Assembly (NCBI GenBank): GCA_965140445.1
Contig: OZ223236.1
Location: forward strand, 4,864,001-4,928,000
From: Candidatus Ozemobacteraceae bacterium
Lineage (GTDB): Bacteria; Muiribacteriota; Ozemobacteria; Ozemobacterales; Ozemobacteraceae
Length of the DNA stretch: 64,000 nucleotides
Direction: 5' to 3'
The notes beneath the pieces are model-generated. The model ran no database searches. It was not told the DNA's origin and worked only from the letters and a program-made list of their open reading frames with translations. The translations under genes and the position numbers were made by a program. Below are positions 1 through 10,573 of the stretch, piece by piece. Within the stretch, counting starts at the first letter, position 1. Each line of letters starts with the position of its first letter.

Positions 1-51
1 GTTCCTGCGATGCCCACCGAAGCAGGTCTTATTCCAGCAACATGTCTCCCT

Positions 52-1613
<1,562 letters not shown>

Positions 1614-1790
1614 AATTATTAAACAACAAGTTCCTTTCGGAACCCGCCATCTACATTATTATGGAGTTATTGCTGATCTGTTTCAAGATTCAACTTAACT
1701 CAAAATCGATGTTGTAACATCGAATCAAATAGGTTTTTGTCGTTAAACAAAAACCGCTTGGCGTTATAGTTTTATTAGTCTTTCGATCTG

Positions 1791-1803
1791 ATTCTCAAAG
1801 AGC
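1791..1803 (-). promoter_or_regulatory. rRNA leader boxA antitermination element
   Basis: GCTCTTTGAGAAT on the minus strand between promoter P2 and the 16S gene; resembles boxA GCTCTTTAACA. Confidence 0.75.
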
Positions 1804-1847
1804 TTATTCGACCCGGTTTTGGGCCGACCCGCCGTGGCAGGAAATCT

Positions 1848-1876
1848 AGCTTATCAAAAACAGTTTTCAATGTCAA
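1848..1876 (-). promoter_or_regulatory. rRNA operon promoter P2 (sigma70-type)
   Basis: TTGACA-17nt-TAAGCT on the minus strand with an AT-rich upstream tract. Confidence 0.8.
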
Positions 1877-1975
1877 CCATTTTTTAAAAACTTTTTTCAA
1901 AGTTTTCTAGATCTTTTTTTACCTCCCGATTTCGACCCGGGCTTACCGGTCCGACCTCGTTTCGAAGGTTCAAAT

Positions 1976-2004
1976 AAATTAGCAGAAGTTCAATTCCGAG
2001 TCAA
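1976..2004 (-). promoter_or_regulatory. rRNA operon promoter P1 (sigma70-type)
   Basis: TTGACT-17nt-TAATTT on the minus strand with an A-tract UP element upstream. Confidence 0.7.
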
Positions 2005-2209
2005 CTTTTTTATTCTTCTTTTTTTCTTTTTTTTAGCGGTTTTCCACAAAACCAGCATTCAGTCAGCGTCTCAAAGACTATATTTCAGACTATCAAAAGT
2101 CTTGAAAGGTCTATTTTCAGATGTTTAAGAGCATTTATTTTTTTCTTAAAACATTCACTGGCACAGCTTTTGCTAACATAAAAAGAAGAATTTGGGGGTT
2201 TCAAATAGT

Positions 2210-2231
2210 AAAAAAGCCTCCGAAGAGGCTT
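2210..2231 (-). terminator. Intrinsic terminator after the XdhC gene
   Basis: Hairpin AAGCCTC-TTCG-GAGGCTT followed by a T run on the minus strand. Confidence 0.8.
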
Positions 2232-2236
2232 CTTTA

Positions 2237-3058
2237 CTATTTTTCAAACTTTATTATTTTCCCATTTCTAAAAGCAACTATCTGGGCCAAAATTTCCACA
2301 GCTATCTCTTCAGGAGTATTGCTTCCAAGATTTATTCCTATTGGGGCAAAAACCTCTTCAGCTCTTTCCTTGGTAATACCAAAATCAATTAATGCCTGCT
2401 TCATTTCAACAAGCTTCTTAGCCGAGCAAACAAGTCCGACATAAGGAGCTTCTGTTTTTAAAGCCAACTCCAGAACTTCCCTATCTTTTACATGGCCAGG
2501 AGTGACAACCACAACATGTGAAAGAGTATCTATTTCAGATCTGGCAACACTATCTGAGTATGGGCAGCAAATTACGTTTTCACATTCAGGAAATATCTGC
2601 GCATTTGCAAACTCAGGGCGCTCATCAATAATGGTCACTCGAAACCGCGCTAAAGCAGCCATCTTTGCGAGGACCTTCCCTATATGACCAGCTCCAAAAA
2701 TTACCATTCTAGGCTGATGCGCTATTAATTCTATAAACACCCTTGCTTCGCCCCCACAGACTGGCTCGTCTCCCTCTAAGGGATTTGCAAGATTAAAAGT
2801 CATCAATCTAGTGGTTCCGTTTTTAAACAAATCTATTGCTTCAAGGCGAACTCGCTCTTCATTGACCCCACCGCCAACTGTTCCCGCTATTGAACCGTCT
2901 TTGAAAACAATCATTTTTTGCCCGACCTTGCCGGGACTGCTACCAATTGTTTCAACAACCGTGCACATAACGAATGGCTCATTTCGGTCAAAAGCTTCCT
3001 TCATTTCAACAAAAAATTCTGTAGCCATAAAAATTACCTTTCCAGTGTTATTTCCCAT
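2237..3058 (-). CDS. xdhC: XdhC/CoxI family xanthine dehydrogenase accessory protein (start may be 3028)
   Basis: Motifs GSSPGKVGQKM, GTVGGG, CGG, IFGAGHIG, YVGL, APIGINLG and TPEEIAVEILAQ. Confidence 0.92.
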   Translation of the reverse strand: MGNNTGKVIFMATEFFVEMKEAFDRNEPFVMCTVVETIGSSPGKVGQKMIVFKDGSIAGTVGGGVNEERVRLEAIDLFKNGTTRLMTFNLANPLEGDEPVCGGEARVFIELIAHQPRMVIFGAGHIGKVLAKMAALARFRVTIIDERPEFANAQIFPECENVICCPYSDSVARSEIDTLSHVVVVTPGHVKDREVLELALKTEAPYVGLVCSAKKLVEMKQALIDFGITKERAEEVFAPIGINLGSNTPEEIAVEILAQIVAFRNGKIIKFEK

Positions 3059-3108
3059 CTATCTAATAACTCATTTCAAAAAAATACAAGATTTTTCTAA
3101 AACAACAG

Positions 3109-3136
3109 TCAATGTTTTACAGCATAGCGCCGATAG
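3109..3136 (+). promoter_or_regulatory. Putative sigma28 (FliA/SigD)-type promoter
   Basis: TCAA-N16-GCCGATAG, 33 nt upstream of the methyltransferase start; GGAGG RBS follows. Confidence 0.55.
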
Positions 3137-3169
3137 ATTTCCTGAAAGAGAAAAAACATCGGAGGCAAA

Positions 3170-4387
3170 ATGAGCGCCCAAGCCCTTTTAAAGAACACCT
3201 ATTCTAATTCATCTACGGCAAAGGTTGAACAACTGATGACCCCATACGGGCCAGTTACTCAGGTATTCGACGAATTCTGGACAGCAAAACAGAGACAAAT
3301 GCATTCTTTGCATTACTCAAATTCTTACAGAGCTTCTTTTAAACCAGAACTTCCAGATTTCTTCATTAAGAATCTAACCAATCCTGGTGATAGAGTTGCA
3401 GATCCATTTGGTGGACGAGGAACTACAATTCTTCAAGCTACTCTTCTTGGAAGAAAAGGATTAAGCAATGATGTTAATCCACTATCTGAAAGACTTGCTT
3501 ATCCAAAAATTCATCCAGTTACAGTAGAAGAAGTAGAACAAAGACTTAGCGAAATAGATTTTAGGGCTCCTGTAGATCTTCGAAATGAAGAAGATATGTC
3601 TATGTTTTATCACCCTGATACATACCGCGAACTTATTAATCTTAGAAATCATTTGAAAACAAATCGAGATGATGTGGACAGATTTATTGAAATGACAGCG
3701 CTATCGCGCTTACATGGTCACTCCAATGGCTTTTTCTCGGCTTACTCATTTCCACAGATTTCTATTCCAAAAGCAAATCAGGCAAAAATCAACAAAACCA
3801 AGGGGATGGAACCTGATTATCGTGATATCTCTTCAAGAATTTTAAAAAAGGCGAAAGTAACACTTAAAACTGGCGGAATCGACAAAATTCGTCAAATGAG
3901 CCAACATCAGCTTTTAACAACTGGAGATTCCAGAAATTTAAGCCAATGGGAAACAGAAAGTGTAAATCTCGTTGTAACTTCTCCACCATTTTTAAATCAG
4001 GTTGATTATGTCCAGGACACATGGATTGAACAATGGTTCTGCGGAATCACCAAAGAAGAAGTGGAAGGAAGAATTGTTCAAACCCCTGACCTTGAAACCT
4101 GGATGCAGTTCATTTCTGACACTCTTAGCGAACTTCACCGTGTAGTAAAACCTGGTGGATTTGTTGCCATGGAAGTTGGAGAAGTTAAATACCAGAACAA
4201 AATTTTAAATCTTGACGAAATTCTGGTTGGATTAACTTGTATGCCTATATATAACGCTGGTCAATTCAGAGTTAGAGAAGTAATAATCCAATCTCAGGAA
4301 TTCACCAAACTTGCAAATTGCTTCAGAGTAAAAAACAATAAACTCGGAACTAATACAAATAGAATAGTTCTGATGGAAAGGCTATAG
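3170..4387 (+). CDS. SAM-dependent DNA amino-methyltransferase (N4/N6 family), orphan
   Basis: SAM-binding motif DPFGGRGTT and catalytic motif VTSPPF; no restriction endonuclease adjacent. Confidence 0.85.
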   Translation: MSAQALLKNTYSNSSTAKVEQLMTPYGPVTQVFDEFWTAKQRQMHSLHYSNSYRASFKPELPDFFIKNLTNPGDRVADPFGGRGTTILQATLLGRKGLSNDVNPLSERLAYPKIHPVTVEEVEQRLSEIDFRAPVDLRNEEDMSMFYHPDTYRELINLRNHLKTNRDDVDRFIEMTALSRLHGHSNGFFSAYSFPQISIPKANQAKINKTKGMEPDYRDISSRILKKAKVTLKTGGIDKIRQMSQHQLLTTGDSRNLSQWETESVNLVVTSPPFLNQVDYVQDTWIEQWFCGITKEEVEGRIVQTPDLETWMQFISDTLSELHRVVKPGGFVAMEVGEVKYQNKILNLDEILVGLTCMPIYNAGQFRVREVIIQSQEFTKLANCFRVKNNKLGTNTNRIVLMERL

Positions 4388-4396
4388 GAGGCCAAT

Positions 4397-4885
4397 ATGA
4401 GAATAACCCCACTTGATATCTACCAACGCGAATTCTCCAGAAAAAATATCGGCGGGCTTGATGAGAATGAAGTATACAGCTTCCTCAAAAAAGTCGGTCG
4501 AGAATACGAATCATTGTATGCAGAAAATAAATCACTTAAAGACCAGTCTCAGAGACTAACAGGTCAGATGGAAGACTACCTTGAGCTTGAAAAAACGCTC
4601 AAGCAGACCTTGATTTCTGCCCAAAAAGCTTCTGGCGATCTTAAAGATAACGCTGAAAAAGAAGCCGAACTGACTATTAAAGAAGCTGAACTTCAGGCTG
4701 AAAGAATCCTTGATGAAACCAGAACTGAAGCTGAAATGATTTCCAGAGAAATTCGGGAACTCAAAAAACAGAAAAGAATGCTGAAGGTCGAGCTCAGAAC
4801 AGTCCTTGAATCTTACCTTTCCATGATAAATGAAGATTCTCCGGTCTTTGGCAGATCTACCGATAACCTGTCAAAAGCAGCATAA
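4397..4885 (+). CDS. divIVA: DivIVA domain cell division protein
   Basis: N-terminus ITPLDIYQREF...GLDENEVYSFL followed by a long coiled coil; GGAGG RBS. Confidence 0.92.
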   Translation: MRITPLDIYQREFSRKNIGGLDENEVYSFLKKVGREYESLYAENKSLKDQSQRLTGQMEDYLELEKTLKQTLISAQKASGDLKDNAEKEAELTIKEAELQAERILDETRTEAEMISREIRELKKQKRMLKVELRTVLESYLSMINEDSPVFGRSTDNLSKAA

Positions 4886-4903
4886 AGTTACTGGAAAATA
4901 AAA

Positions 4904-5224
4904 ATGGGCACCAGCTTTCCCTGTCTCACTCAAAATGACAAAGGGACATTAATTAGAATACAAGCTGTTCCACGTGCCTCAAAAACAGAAATCGTTGACA
5001 TACATCAGGATAGATGTAGAATTAGAGTTAAGGCACCGCCAGTTGATGGAGAAGCGAACAAGGAATTGATAGCGGCTCTTGCCAAGATTTTTAAAATCAC
5101 TAAAAAAATGGTGATTCTTGAATCTGGCCAACGCGGGAAACAAAAGTGCTTCTTATTATCAGGTTTAACTGAGGACAAAACAGGCGAAATCCTGGCTGAG
5201 GTATTATCAGGAAAGGGCAAGTAA
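4904..5224 (+). CDS. yggU: DUF167/UPF0235 (YggU) family protein
   Basis: Motifs PRASKTEI, APPVDGEANKEL and SGQRGKQK; typical position after divIVA. Confidence 0.9.
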   Translation: MGTSFPCLTQNDKGTLIRIQAVPRASKTEIVDIHQDRCRIRVKAPPVDGEANKELIAALAKIFKITKKMVILESGQRGKQKCFLLSGLTEDKTGEILAEVLSGKGK

Positions 5225-5225
5225 G

Positions 5226-5696
5226 ATGATGAGTATGAACCGCTGGTTATGGGTTCTCTGGGGAGCGATGATCATTTCAATGCTTTTGAAATGGCAGGCT
5301 GAAACCTACATTATAGTCGCAGTAATTGTCTTGCCCATTCTAATTGTTCTCATTGATCTACATGAAGAAATTGGCCTTTTAAAAGAAGAAAATAAACATC
5401 AAAGAAAGTTTGTCATGGACAGATACAATGTCCTTCAAGATAAATTGAAAGATATATCCAGTAATATTGAAAAACGAATGGTCGTAGATTTTGCTGAATT
5501 TGCCAAAAATTCTTCAGGCGATAGCCAGACAAGCCGTAGCGGAATTTCTCGAACAGATGGCACGAAAAAGAGGCGAAAAAAGAAAAAGAGACCAGTTGAA
5601 GAAGTGGTTCCTGTAGCAGTGGATTTCCAGGAAATACATGAAGAAATTGAAGAACCAACTTTGGATTCAGATGATTTTTATCCAGACGATGAATAA
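5226..5696 (+). CDS. Hypothetical membrane protein (2 TM, coiled coil, charged tail)
   Basis: Co-oriented ORF 1 nt after yggU, with two N-terminal hydrophobic helices and a terminator downstream. Confidence 0.75.
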   Translation: MMSMNRWLWVLWGAMIISMLLKWQAETYIIVAVIVLPILIVLIDLHEEIGLLKEENKHQRKFVMDRYNVLQDKLKDISSNIEKRMVVDFAEFAKNSSGDSQTSRSGISRTDGTKKRRKKKKRPVEEVVPVAVDFQEIHEEIEEPTLDSDDFYPDDE

Positions 5697-5726
5697 AAAA
5701 ACAGGCCAAATGGCCTGTTTTTTTTT
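5695..5726 (+). terminator. Intrinsic terminator
   Basis: A7-CAGGCCA-AA-TGGCCTG-T9. Confidence 0.85.
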
Positions 5727-5858
5727 GCTCAAAACCTTTCTTTAATTACTGCAAAAATTTAGCAGAGAAATTGCCAAATAGTTGGCACTTTAAATATATT
5801 CAAATTCATAACAATTCTTTGTACCCGATTATTAGTAGTTTGCAGACAATCCCAAATT

Positions 5859-5875
5859 CAGGCATAGCTTTTGCA
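5859..5875 (+). promoter_or_regulatory. Putative sigma54 promoter
   Basis: CAGGCATAGCTTTTGCA has GG-N10-GC spacing; inverted repeat TGCCAA-ATAG-TTGGCA at 5772-5787 is a candidate activator site. Confidence 0.6.
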
Positions 5876-5911
5876 TATAACTATGCAAACAACATAATTC
5901 AAGGAATTAAA

Positions 5912-6694
5912 ATGAAAAAAGCAATGAGTATAAGAGTAATAAGTATCGCAGCTTTTTTTGTAATCTGTAGTAGCCAGCTCTTCGCCTGGGGCAGCAAAGT
6001 CCATATGAAGATAGTTTCTGATGCCTACCACATAATGCCGAAAGCTTTCCGCAAAATTTTGGGTGAAACCGACAAACCAAACTTGAAAAAACCAGCAATG
6101 AAAGATTTGCTTTATGGAAGCGTTCAGCCTGACAGAGAATTTAAGGACTTCCAGAATCACGTATTTCACATTCATGGTTACAACATGGGAAAAGGTCCTT
6201 TTCATATTGAAACTTTAATAGATGAAGTAGTTGAAGATATAAAGAGCAAAAAAAGCCTTAAAACAATTTCAGCTAAGCTGGGTTGGATCGCTCACTATGC
6301 AAGCGATCTGGTGCAACCGCTCCACACTGGTGTTTCAACAGAAGAAACCATAGAAGAAAAAAGTTACCACTCAGCAACTGAGAGAGATGCTGATAAACAC
6401 ATGGACTATTATGGAGTGAAATTTGATGGTTGCACATCCATAAAAAGAGTAAGCGCAAGAATGATATATGAAGCTTTGTGGGCTAATCAATATTACGAAA
6501 CTCTTCAAGAAGCATACGTAAACGGAAAACGCTACGAAGACAGCAAAAAAGTTATTTCAGAATGCTACTCACGAGCAGTAAACAATGTTGTTGATCTATG
6601 GTATACAGTTTACTTGAGGGCTGGCGGTCAGAAGCATCCAAGTCATTTTAAAGCTAAAAACTATCCGCCATTAAAAAGAGCTATAAGCGAATAA
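5912..6694 (+). CDS. Secreted zinc-dependent phospholipase C / S1-P1 nuclease superfamily protein
   Basis: Signal peptide ending LFA, then W-G-x-x-x-H, QPD, HYASDLVQPLH and H-x-x-x-E zinc ligands; ATG at 5912 with AAGGA RBS. Confidence 0.8.
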   Translation: MKKAMSIRVISIAAFFVICSSQLFAWGSKVHMKIVSDAYHIMPKAFRKILGETDKPNLKKPAMKDLLYGSVQPDREFKDFQNHVFHIHGYNMGKGPFHIETLIDEVVEDIKSKKSLKTISAKLGWIAHYASDLVQPLHTGVSTEETIEEKSYHSATERDADKHMDYYGVKFDGCTSIKRVSARMIYEALWANQYYETLQEAYVNGKRYEDSKKVISECYSRAVNNVVDLWYTVYLRAGGQKHPSHFKAKNYPPLKRAISE

Positions 6695-6709
6695 CTACTG
6701 TATTTCATG

Positions 6710-6738
6710 ACTCCCTTTCTATACAGAAAGGGAGTTTT
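6710..6738 (+). terminator. Intrinsic terminator
   Basis: ACTCCCTTTCT-ATAC-AGAAAGGGAGT followed by a T run. Confidence 0.8.
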
Positions 6739-6821
6739 AATTTGTGCATTTGTTTCCATCTTTGAATTAATCAAGCTATTGTGATATTTTTACAACTCAA
6801 ATAAAACAGCAAGGAGATATT

Positions 6822-9149
6822 ATGAGCGAGAAGAAAGGCCTTTCCCCAAAAGCCTATGAGACATGTGACGGGAAAGATTATCCTAGTTTTGTTCCTCCAG
6901 AACAAAGTCCCGCTGAATTTACAGCAAAAGCAATTGTAATTGGTATGCTAATCGGTGGTATCTTTGGTGCCGCAAATGCATATTTGGGTCTGAAGGTTGG
7001 CTTAACTGTTTCAGCTTCCATTCCAGCAGCAGTTATGGCAGTTGCCATATTCAGGATTTTCTTTAAAAAAGGAACCATCCTTGAAACTAATATGGTGCAG
7101 ACCGTTGGCTCTGCAGGAGAATCCCTTGCAGCAGGTGTTATTTTTACAATTCCAGCTCTTTTTATCTGGGGAGTTGAGCCTTCCAAACTTGAGATAACAG
7201 TTATCGCTGTTATTGGTGGTTTAATTGGGGTTCTGTTTATGATTCCCCTTCGCAAATTCCTAATCGTTCAAGAACACGGAAAACTCCCATACCCAGAAGG
7301 AACAGCCTGCGCTGAGGTTTTGGTTGCAGGACAAGGTGATCTTTCAAAAGCAAAAACCCTTTTTCAAGGTATGGGAATTGGAGCCATATACCAGGCACTG
7401 ATGCACAGTCGTCTTTTTGGCCTTTGGAGCAAAGAACCTTCAACACATATTCCTGGCTTTAAAGGAGCAGAAATAGGTGCCGAAGTAACCCCAGAACTGC
7501 TTGGCGTGGGATACATTATTGGACCAAAAATTTCAGCAATAATGCTTAGCGGCGGTGCTCTTGGCTGGCTGGTTCTGATACCTTTAATCTACCTGTTCGG
7601 AGAGCAAGCGAACCACCCAATTTACCCAGAAACAGTAAATCTCATAACAAGCATGGAACCAGGCGACATCTGGTCACGATACATCAGATATATTGGCGCT
7701 GGCGGTGTTGCATTTGCCGGAATTTTCTCACTGATAAAATCCATCCCAGTTATCCTCTCAAGCTTTAAAGCAGGCTTCTCTCAGCTTGGAAAAAATGTGG
7801 CCGAAGTTTCTGAAATTAGAACCCAACAAGATCTTCCAATGAAAGTAATTCTGACCGGGTCAATTATTCTGATGGCAGCTGTTGCAATAGTTCTTAAAAG
7901 TGCTATCTTTCAAACTTCATTGCTGTATTCAATCGGAGCCGCCTTCCTGATTATAGTATTTGGCTTCTTTTTCGTAACTGTTTCATCCAGAATTGTTGGT
8001 CTGCTTGGTTCTTCTTCCAATCCTATTTCTGGAATGACCATCGCAACTCTTCTACTTACCTGTGTGATTTTTCTCATGCTGGGGCTTGGTGATATGCCAA
8101 ATGTAAAAGTTGCAGTCCTGACAGTTGGAGCTTTTGTATGTATAGCCGCGGCTATTGCTGGTGATACCTCACAGGATTTAAAAACTGGTTTCTTAATTGG
8201 GGCAACTCCACGACTTCAGCAGATTGGCGAATTCTTTGGAGTAATTGCATCTGGTCTTACCATGGGCTTTGTAATGTATCTATTAAAAGATGCTATCACC
8301 ACCGGCGAGCTTCCAGCCCCTCAGGCAAACCTCATGAAACTTGTAATTGATGGGGTTATTGGTGGCAGCCTTCCATGGAACCTCGTTTTCAGTGGCGTGT
8401 TTATTGCTATCTGTGTAGAACTACTTGGTATCAACTCGCTCGCTTTCGCCGTTGGTCTTTATCTGCCAATTTCCTTGTCTGTTCCTATAATGATTGGTGG
8501 TATTGTCAGATGGATACTCGAATGCAAAAAGAATGACCCTCATCTTGAAGAAAAGCGTGAGACTGGTGTGCTTTACTCTTCGGGTTTGATTGCAGGAGCA
8601 GCTCTGACTGGCGTTATGATCATGGTTCTAATGGGCTTTGCTGAAAGCAGTCCTGGACTTCTTCAAAGCATAAATAAGCCTGGAATCCATATTGCTTCCA
8701 ACAAAGTTACAAATGTGGCAATTGATGGGCAACCTCTTTCTGGAAGTTATTTCCAGGTTTCACCAACTGTTTTTCCTGATAATTCTCAAACAGTTGAAAA
8801 AATCTCTCAACTCAAAATTACTCTCAGAACAGCCAAAAGCACAACGACTCCTGATGTTGGTCAGATTGAAAAACTTGAAAAAGAGCTTACAACTCTACAA
8901 GATCAGCTCTCTGCTTCCAAGTCTAAAAACTTTAAGCTAAGTTGTGTTGTAAATGGCCAACCACTTGAAAAAGAACTCTCAATGAGCAAATGGGGTAAAA
9001 CCTATATTTCAAGTAACAACGAAGGTATAGTAACTTCTGGTTCACCAGAAGGACACACCTTTAAGGGTGTAATTGCATTCCTGCTTCTAACTCTTTCATT
9101 GCTATACTTTGCAATGAGAAAACCACCTGAAGAAAAAGAATCTAAATAA
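6822..9149 (+). CDS. OPT family oligopeptide transporter
   Basis: Motifs [51 protein letters not shown] and PAPQANLM. Confidence 0.95.
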   Translation: MSEKKGLSPKAYETCDGKDYPSFVPPEQSPAEFTAKAIVIGMLIGGIFGAANAYLGLKVGLTVSASIPAAVMAVAIFRIFFKKGTILETNMVQTVGSAGESLAAGVIFTIPALFIWGVEPSKLEITVIAVIGGLIGVLFMIPLRKFLIVQEHGKLPYPEGTACAEVLVAGQGDLSKAKTLFQGMGIGAIYQALMHSRLFGLWSKEPSTHIPGFKGAEIGAEVTPELLGVGYIIGPKISAIMLSGGALGWLVLIPLIYLFGEQANHPIYPETVNLITSMEPGDIWSRYIRYIGAGGVAFAGIFSLIKSIPVILSSFKAGFSQLGKNVAEVSEIRTQQDLPMKVILTGSIILMAAVAIVLKSAIFQTSLLYSIGAAFLIIVFGFFFVTVSSRIVGLLGSSSNPISGMTIATLLLTCVIFLMLGLGDMPNVKVAVLTVGAFVCIAAAIAGDTSQDLKTGFLIGATPRLQQIGEFFGVIASGLTMGFVMYLLKDAITTGELPAPQANLMKLVIDGVIGGSLPWNLVFSGVFIAICVELLGINSLAFAVGLYLPISLSVPIMIGGIVRWILECKKNDPHLEEKRETGVLYSSGLIAGAALTGVMIMVLMGFAESSPGLLQSINKPGIHIASNKVTNVAIDGQPLSGSYFQVSPTVFPDNSQTVEKISQLKITLRTAKSTTTPDVGQIEKLEKELTTLQDQLSASKSKNFKLSCVVNGQPLEKELSMSKWGKTYISSNNEGIVTSGSPEGHTFKGVIAFLLLTLSLLYFAMRKPPEEKESK

Positions 9150-9164
9150 TCTCTTTCTTTAAAC

Positions 9165-9201
9165 AAAAAAAAACAGCACCATATTGGTGCTGTTTTTTTT
9201 T
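9165..9201. terminator. Bidirectional intrinsic terminator
   Basis: A9-CAGCACCA-TAT-TGGTGCTG-T9 between convergent genes. Confidence 0.88.
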
Positions 9202-9219
9202 GGAAATTATTACATTCAA

Positions 9220-10548
9220 CTAAGAAAGATTCAGCAACAATCTGGTTGCCATATCTGCCATTTCAGAACCAGACTGGCTTTGAGAAATCAGAGTTTCTAT
9301 CCCTGCAGGGTCATCAGATAATCCCAATGCATATGCTGCGATAACTTGCTGATCTGGGGTTCCATATTCTATCAAACTCTCCAAAGTAGCTTTTCCGGAT
9401 CGTCCTAAGCCAAGAAGAGCAAGTGCAGCCATTTTTCTGACGTTCCAGGAAATATCACCAGTCATAAGTTCCAGATTTTTACTAAACTGCAGAAGCTTCA
9501 ATTTCCCACAAAGATAAGCACCAGAAGCCCTTACCATCTCTTCATTTGACTTAATCATGCTCTCAATTTCGGATAAATTCTCGGACTGCCCTAACTCCCA
9601 CAATGCTTTGATAGCATCTGCACGGACTCTATGATCAAGATCGTTAAGCATTTTTCTGATCTTTGTAAGAACAGATTCAGGAAGCAACCCTTTGTTTTTA
9701 CCAATAAGATTTAATGCGTCAACGGCATTAGCTCTAACCCTTGATTCTGGAGCTTCCAGGGCAGAAGATAAGAATTCAACCGACTCATTGGAATTCAGTC
9801 TACCTATAGCAGAAACTATAGTTGAACGGATTTTTGCAGAATCTGATTTTCTAAATAGGTCGCGTAAATCCAGCATTGATTTTGTATCATTCATATCCAC
9901 AATGGCATTAATAGCAGCAAGAACTACTTTTTCTGAACCGTGATAAAGCAATTTCTTTATATGGGTTAAAACGGGCAGCTCACTGGATTTACTCAATGCA
10001 ATAATGGCAATTCTAATAACTTCAGGATCTTGATCCAGCAAAGCTTTGAGAAAAACTGGAATAAAATTATCATCCCAACGTTTTTTAAGCTGAACCAGGG
10101 CAACCCAACGCATTGGACTTTCATATTTGGGAAATTCTAATGCCAGACTCGAAACAGCATCTGGAAAATCAAAACAGCAGAGAGTAGCCAGTGCAAAAGG
10201 TCTATCCGGGTGCTGCTCATTTTTAAGCATTTTGATTAAAGGTCGGAAAACCGTTTGTCTATCGGCTTCCTTACCTATAAACTCAATTATGTCCATCATA
10301 ACAAGCTGACGTCCCCAGATGGTTTCAACAATTTTGTCTCTGCAGCTTTCCGGGGAAGAGTAATCAGATAGATATTCAATAATCTTTTCAACAGAAACAT
10401 TGAACATTGTTCCCTTTAAAAAGTCGACTATTCGGCGCTCCTGAAGATAGCTGTCATCTCTTATCAATCTTAAAACTGCAACGGCATAATCAACAAGAAA
10501 CCTGTCATATCGCTCCAGGAGACCTGTCATTTCTTTTGCACCAATCAT
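9220..10548 (-). CDS. HEAT repeat protein
   Basis: Repeated L-x-D-x-D/E-x-x-VR-x-x-A-x-x-AL units (e.g. ESRVRANAVDAL, DHRVRADAIKALWELG). Confidence 0.88.
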   Translation of the reverse strand: MIGAKEMTGLLERYDRFLVDYAVAVLRLIRDDSYLQERRIVDFLKGTMFNVSVEKIIEYLSDYSSPESCRDKIVETIWGRQLVMMDIIEFIGKEADRQTVFRPLIKMLKNEQHPDRPFALATLCCFDFPDAVSSLALEFPKYESPMRWVALVQLKKRWDDNFIPVFLKALLDQDPEVIRIAIIALSKSSELPVLTHIKKLLYHGSEKVVLAAINAIVDMNDTKSMLDLRDLFRKSDSAKIRSTIVSAIGRLNSNESVEFLSSALEAPESRVRANAVDALNLIGKNKGLLPESVLTKIRKMLNDLDHRVRADAIKALWELGQSENLSEIESMIKSNEEMVRASGAYLCGKLKLLQFSKNLELMTGDISWNVRKMAALALLGLGRSGKATLESLIEYGTPDQQVIAAYALGLSDDPAGIETLISQSQSGSEMADMATRLLLNLS

Positions 10549-10573
10549 AAGTAATATCTACCTTTCTTTCGAG

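Noticed and set aside
3170..4387. Restriction-modification or defence island
   Set aside because: No endonuclease or other defence gene adjacent; the context is housekeeping.
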